Positions 58,401 to 64,000 of a stretch of DNA of 64,000 bases are shown here, in pieces. Source of the stretch: Heterodontus francisci (lineage: Eukaryota); the NCBI RefSeq assembly GCF_036365525.1, contig NC_090378.1, positions 119,273,593 to 119,337,592 on the forward strand, given 5' to 3'. The position numbers and the translations under genes are program-made. The number at the start of each line of letters is the position of its first letter. The first letter of the stretch is position 1. The notes beneath the pieces are model-generated. The model was given only the letters and a program-made list of their open reading frames with translations, was not told the origin of the DNA and ran no database searches.

Positions 58401-60867
58401 GTGTATCCATTATTATATATTATATATAACTGTGGGATGTTTCAGTACAGGAGGTGGGAATGTGTGTCCATTATTATATATTATATATAACTGTGGGATG
58501 TGTCAGTACAGGAAATGGGAATGTGTATCCATTATTATATATTATATATAACTGTGGGATGTGTCAGTACAGGAAGTGGGAATGTGTATCCATTATTATA
58601 TATTATATATAACTGTGGGATGTTTCAATACAGGAGGTGGGAATGTCTGTCCATTATTATATATTATATATAACTGTGCGATGTGTCAGTACAGGAAGTG
58701 GGATTGTGTATCCATTATTATATATTATATATAACTGTGGGATGTTTCAATACAGGAGGTGGGAATGTCTGTCCATTATTATATATTATATATAACTGTG
58801 GGATGTGTCAGTACAGGAAGTGGAAATGTGTATCCATCATTATATATTATATATAACTGTGGGATGTGTCAGTACAGGAAGTGGGAATGTGTATCCATTA
58901 TTATATATGATATATAACTGTGGGATGTTTCAGTACAGGAGGTGGGAATGTGTGTCCATTATTATATATTATATATAACTGTGGGATGTGTCAGTACAGG
59001 AAGTGGGAATGTGTATCCATTATTATATATTATATATAACTGTGGGATGTGTCAGTACAGGAAGTGGGAATGTGTATCCATTATAATATATTATATATAA
59101 CTGTGGGATGTTTCAGTACAGGAGGTGGGAATGTGTGTCCATTATTATATATTATATATAACTGTGGGATGTGTCAGTACAGGAAGTGGGAATGTTTATC
59201 CATTATTATATATTATATATAACTGTGGGATGTGTCAGTACAGGAAGTGGGAATGTGTATCCATTATTATATATTATATATAACTGTGGGATGTTTCAGT
59301 ACAGGAGGTGGCAATATGTGTCCATTATTATATATTATATATAACTGTGGGATGTGTCAGTAAAGGAAGTGGTAATGTGTATCCATTATTATATATGATA
59401 TATAACTGTGGGATGTTTCAGTACAGGAGGTGGGAATGTGTGTCCATTATTATATATTATATAGAACTGTGCGATGTGTCAGTACAGGAAGTGGGAATGT
59501 GTATCCATTATTATATATTATATATAACTGTGGGATGTTTCAATACAGGAGGTGGGAATGTGTGTCCATTATTATATATTATATATAACTGTGGGATGTG
59601 TCAGTACAGGAAGTGGGAATGTGTATCCATCATTATATATTATATATAACTGTGGGATGTGTCAGTACAGGAAGTGGGAATGTGTATCCATTATTATATA
59701 TTATATATAACTGTGGGATGTTTCAGTACAGGAGGTGGGAATGTGTGTCCATTATTATATATTATATATAACTGTGGGATGTTTCAGTACAGGAGGTGGG
59801 AATGGTTATCCATTATTATATATTATATATAACTGTGGGATGTTTCAGTACAGGAAGTGGGAATGTGTATCCATTATTATATGTAATATATAACTGTGGG
59901 ATGTGTCAGTCCAGGAAGTGGGAATGTGTATCCATTATTATATATTATATATAACTGTGGGATGTGTCAGTACAGGAAGTGGGAATGTGTATCCATTATT
60001 ATATATTATATATAACTGTGGGATGTGTCAGTACAGGATGTGGGAATGTGTATCCATTATTATGTACTATATATAACTGTGGGACGTGTCAGTACAGGAA
60101 GTGGGAATGTGTATCCATTATTATATATTATATATAACTGTGGGATGTGTCAGTACAGGAAGTGGGAATGTGTATCCATTATTATATATTATATATAACT
60201 GTGGGATGTGTCAGTACAGGAAGTGGGAATGTGTATCCATTATTATATATTATATATAACTGTGGGATGTTTCAGTACAGGAGGTGGGAATTTGTGTCCA
60301 TTATTATATATTATATATAACTGTGGGATGTGTCAGTACAGGAAGTGGGAATGTGTATCCATTATTATATATTATATATAACTGTGGGATGTGTCAGTAC
60401 AGGAAGTGGGAATGTGTATCCATTATTATATATTATATATAACTGTGGGATGTTTCAATACAGGAGGTGGGAATGTCTGTCCATTATTATATATTATATA
60501 TAACTGTGCGATGTGTCAGTACAGGAAGTGGGAATGTGTATCCATTATTATATATTATATATAACTGTGGGATGTTTCAATACAGGAGGTGGGAATGTCT
60601 GTCCATTATTATATATTATATATAACTGTGGGATGTTTCAATACAGGAGGTGGGAATGTGTGTCCATTATTATATATTATATATAACTGTGGGATGTGTC
60701 AGTACAGGAAGTGGGAATGTGTATCCATCATTATATATTATATATAACTGTGGGATGTGTCAGTACAGGAAGTGGGAATGTGTATCCATTATTATATATT
60801 ATATATAACTGTGGGATGTTTCAGTACAGGAGGTGGGAATGTGTGTCCATTATTATATATTATATAT

Positions 60868-63800
60868 AACTGTGAGATGTGTCAGTACAGGAGGTTGGAC
60901 TGTGTGTCCATTATTATATATTTTTTAAAACTGTGGGTTGTGTCAGTGCAGGAGGTGGGACTGTGTTTCCATTATGATATATTATATATAACTGTGGGTT
61001 GTGTCAGTACAGGAGGTGGGACTGTGTGTCCATTATTATATATTTTATATAACTGTGAGATGTGTCAGTACAGGATGTGGGACTGTGTGTCCATTATTAT
61101 ATATTATATAAAACTGTGGGTTGTGTCAGTGCAGGAGGTGGGACTGTGTGTCCATTATTATATATTATATATAACTGTGGGTTGTGTCAGTGCAGGAGGT
61201 GGGACTAAGTTTCCATTGTTATATATTATTTTTTACTGTGGGATGTTTCAGTACAGGAGGTGGGAATGTGTATCCATTATTATATATTATATATAACTGT
61301 GGGACGTGTCAGTACAGGAAGTGGGAATGTGTGTCCATTGTTATATATTATTTTTTACTGTGAGATGTGTCAGTGCAGGAGGTGGGACTGTGTGTCCATT
61401 ATTATATATCATTTTTTACCGTGGGATGTTTCAGTACAGGAGGTGGGAATGTGTACCCATTATTATATATTATATATAACTGTGGGACGTGTCAGTACAG
61501 GAAGTGGGAATGTGTATCCATTATTACATATTATATATAACTGTGGGACGTGTCAGGACAGGAAGTGGGAATGTGTATCCATTATTATATATTATATATA
61601 ACTGTGGGACGTGTCAATACAGGAAGTGGGAATGTGTATCCATTATTACATATTATATATAACTGTGGGATGTGTCAGTGCAGGAGGTGGGACTGTGTGT
61701 CCATTATTATATATTATATATAACTGTCGGACGTGTCAGTACAGGAAGTGGGAATGTGTATCCATTATTACATATTATATATAACTGTGGGATGTGTCAG
61801 TGCAGGAGGTGGGACTGTGTATCCATTATTATATTTTATATATTACTGTGGGATGTGTCAGTGCAGGAGGTGGGAATGTGTATCCATTATTATATGTTAT
61901 ATATAACTGTGGGATGTGTCAGTGCAGGAGGTGGGACTGTGTGTCCATTATAATATATTATTTTTTACTGAGGGATGTGTCAGTACAGGAGGTGGGATTG
62001 TGTATCCATTATTATATTTTATATATTACTGTGGGATGTGTAGGTGCAGGAGGTGGGACTGTGTATCCATTATTATATATTATTTTTTACCGTGGGATGT
62101 GTCAGTACAGGAGGTGGGAATGTGTATCCATTATTATATATTATATATTACTGTGGGATGTGTCGGTGCAGGAGGTGGGACTGTGTATCCATTATTATAT
62201 ATTATTTTTTACTGTGGGACGTGTCAGTCCAGGAAGTGGGAATGTGTATCCATTATTATATATTATATATAACTGTGGGATGTGTCGGTGCAGGAGGTGG
62301 GACTGTGTGTCCATTATTATATATTATTTTTTACTGTGGGATGTGTCAGTGCAGGAGGTGGGAATGTGTATCCATTATTATATATTATATATAACTGTGG
62401 GATGTGTCGGTGCAGGAGGTGGGACTGTGCATCCATTATTATATATTATTTTTTACTGTGGGATATGTCAGTACAGGAGGTGGGAATGTGTATACATTAA
62501 TAGATATTATATATAACTGTGGGATGTACCAGTGCAGGAGGTGGGATTGTGCGTCCATTATTATATATTATATATAACTGTGGGACGTGTCGGTGCAGGA
62601 AGTGGGATTGTGTATCCATTATTCTATATTATTTTTTACTGAGGGATGTGTCAGTGCAGGAGGTGGGACTGTGTATCCATTATTATATATTATTTTTTAC
62701 TGTGGGATGTGGCAGTACAGGAGGTGGGAATGTGTATCCATTATTATATATTATATATAACTGTGGGATGTGTCGGTGCAGGAGGTGGGAATGTGTATCC
62801 ATTATTATATATTATATATAACTGTGGGATGTGTGGGTGCAGGAGGTGGGAATGTGTATCCATTATTATATATTATTTTTTACTGTGGGATGTGTCAGTA
62901 CAGGAGGTGGGAATGTGTATCCATTATTATATAATATTTTTTCCTGTGGGACGTGTCTGTACAGGAGGTGGGACTGTGTATCCATTATTATAATTTATAT
63001 ATTACTGTGGGATGTGTCAGTGCAGGAGGTGGGACTGTGTATCCATTATTATATATTATTTTTTACTGTGGGATGTGTCAGTACAGGAGGTAGGAATGTG
63101 TATCCATTATTATATATTATATATAACTGTGGGATGTACCAGTGCACATGGTGGGACTGTGTGTCCATTATTACATATTATTTTTTACTGTGGGACGTGT
63201 CAGTCCACGAGGTGGGAATGTGTATCCATTATTATATATTATATATAAGTGTGGGATGTGTCAGTGCAGGAGGTGGGACTGTGTGTCCATTATTATATAT
63301 TATATATAACTGTGGGATGTGTCAGTGCAGGAGGTGGGAATGTGTGCCCATTATTATATATCATATATAACTGTGGGATGTGTCAGTACAGGAGGTGGGA
63401 CTGTGTGTCCATTATTATATATTATATATAACTGTGGGATGTGTCAGTACAGGAGGTGGGACTGTGTGTCCATTGTTGTATATTTTATATAACTGTGAGA
63501 TGTGTCACTACAGTAGGTGGGACTGTGTTTCCATTATGATATATTATATATAGTTGTGGGTTGTGTCAGTACAGGAGGTGGGACTGTGTGTCCATTATTA
63601 TATATTTTATATAACTGTGAGATGTGTCAGTACAGGAGGTGGGACTGTGTGTCCATTATTATATATTATATCAAACTGTGGGTTGTGTCAGTGCAGGAGG
63701 TGGGACTAAGTTTCCATTATGATATATTATATATAACTGTGGGTTGTGTCAGTACAGGAGGTTGGACTGTGTGTCCATTATTATATATTATTTTTTACTG

Positions 63801-64000
63801 TGGGATGTGTCAGTGCAGGAGGTGGGACTGTGTGTCCATTATTATATATTATTTTTTACTGTGGGATGTGTCAGTGCAGGAGGTGGGACTGTGTGTCCAT
63901 TATTATATATTATTTTTTACTGTTGGATGTTTCAGTACAGGAGGTGGGAATGTGTATCCATTATTATATATTATATATAACTGTGGGACGTGTCAGTCCA
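60868..64000. repeat. Diverged (older) satellite layer, right edge, with a probable 43-monomer (2623-bp) period
   Basis: Same diagnostic variants as 1-2300. The TGTGAGAT/GGGTTGTG/ATTATGATA block starts at 60868 and again at 63491 (2623 = 43x61). Confidence 0.8.

Larger units (their letters stand above)
16543..64000. repeat. 61-bp tandem satellite array, right arm (continues beyond window end)
   Basis: Same monomer and orientation. Register resumes exactly after the insertion: monomer start 16046, next start 16554, i.e. 61+447. Confidence 0.99.

Noticed and set aside
18-63980. About 100 Cys/Tyr/Ile-rich ORFs (MSVQEVGMCIHYYILYITVGC...)
   Set aside because: These are translations of the 61-bp repeat cycling through three frames. 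They extend only where a variant removes the TAA or shifts frame, overlap in all frames and show no gene structure.
1-64000. CRISPR-like array (61-bp period resembles repeat plus spacer)
   Set aside because: No unique spacers, the whole unit is repeated, there are no cas genes, and a eukaryotic LINE is embedded.
1-64000. Hammerhead-ribozyme satellite (as in newt satellite 2); CTGA and GAAAC occur on the - strand of B monomers
   Set aside because: No CUGANGA box; the two motifs overlap (CTGAAAC) and the required three stems are absent.
1-64000. Telomeric repeat or canonical G-quadruplex array
   Set aside because: No TTAGGG-type repeats. There are only two GGG runs per monomer, separated by about 20 and 35 nt, too far apart for a canonical G4.
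1-64000. tRNA/5S/snRNA tandem gene cluster, or TATA-box promoters in the AT tract
   Set aside because: No A/B boxes, cloverleaf or recognisable RNA gene. TATA-like words are unavoidable in a pure AT tract.

Overview
Eukaryotic satellite DNA, not a gene-bearing region. About 99% of the window is one head-to-tail array of roughly 1,040 copies of a 61-bp monomer (core consensus AACTGTGGGATGTGTCAGTACAGGAAGTGGGAATGTGTATCCATTATTATATATTATATAT, 33% GC, 15 G vs 5 C on the + strand). The array runs off both window ends. The only non-satellite sequence is a 447-bp insertion at 16096-16542: a 5'-truncated, antisense, apparently young RTE-clade LINE (open C-terminal ORF with CCHC zinc finger, 3' UTR stem-loop, short AAAG tail) plus a 10-bp target-templated filler, with no flanking target-site duplication. 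The array is layered. Diverged old monomers at both edges share diagnostic variants, a homogenised core (~6.6-60.9 kb) is built from two monomer types in variable higher-order repeats, and a still younger sub-layer lies at ~25-43 kb. All satellite-derived ORFs in the track are artefacts. I found no convincing new gene system. The most interesting signals are the LINE junction anatomy, a match between the LINE 3' UTR and its target site, the nested expansion history, and a transcription-factor motif cluster enriched in the core. All counts and offsets were read by eye.
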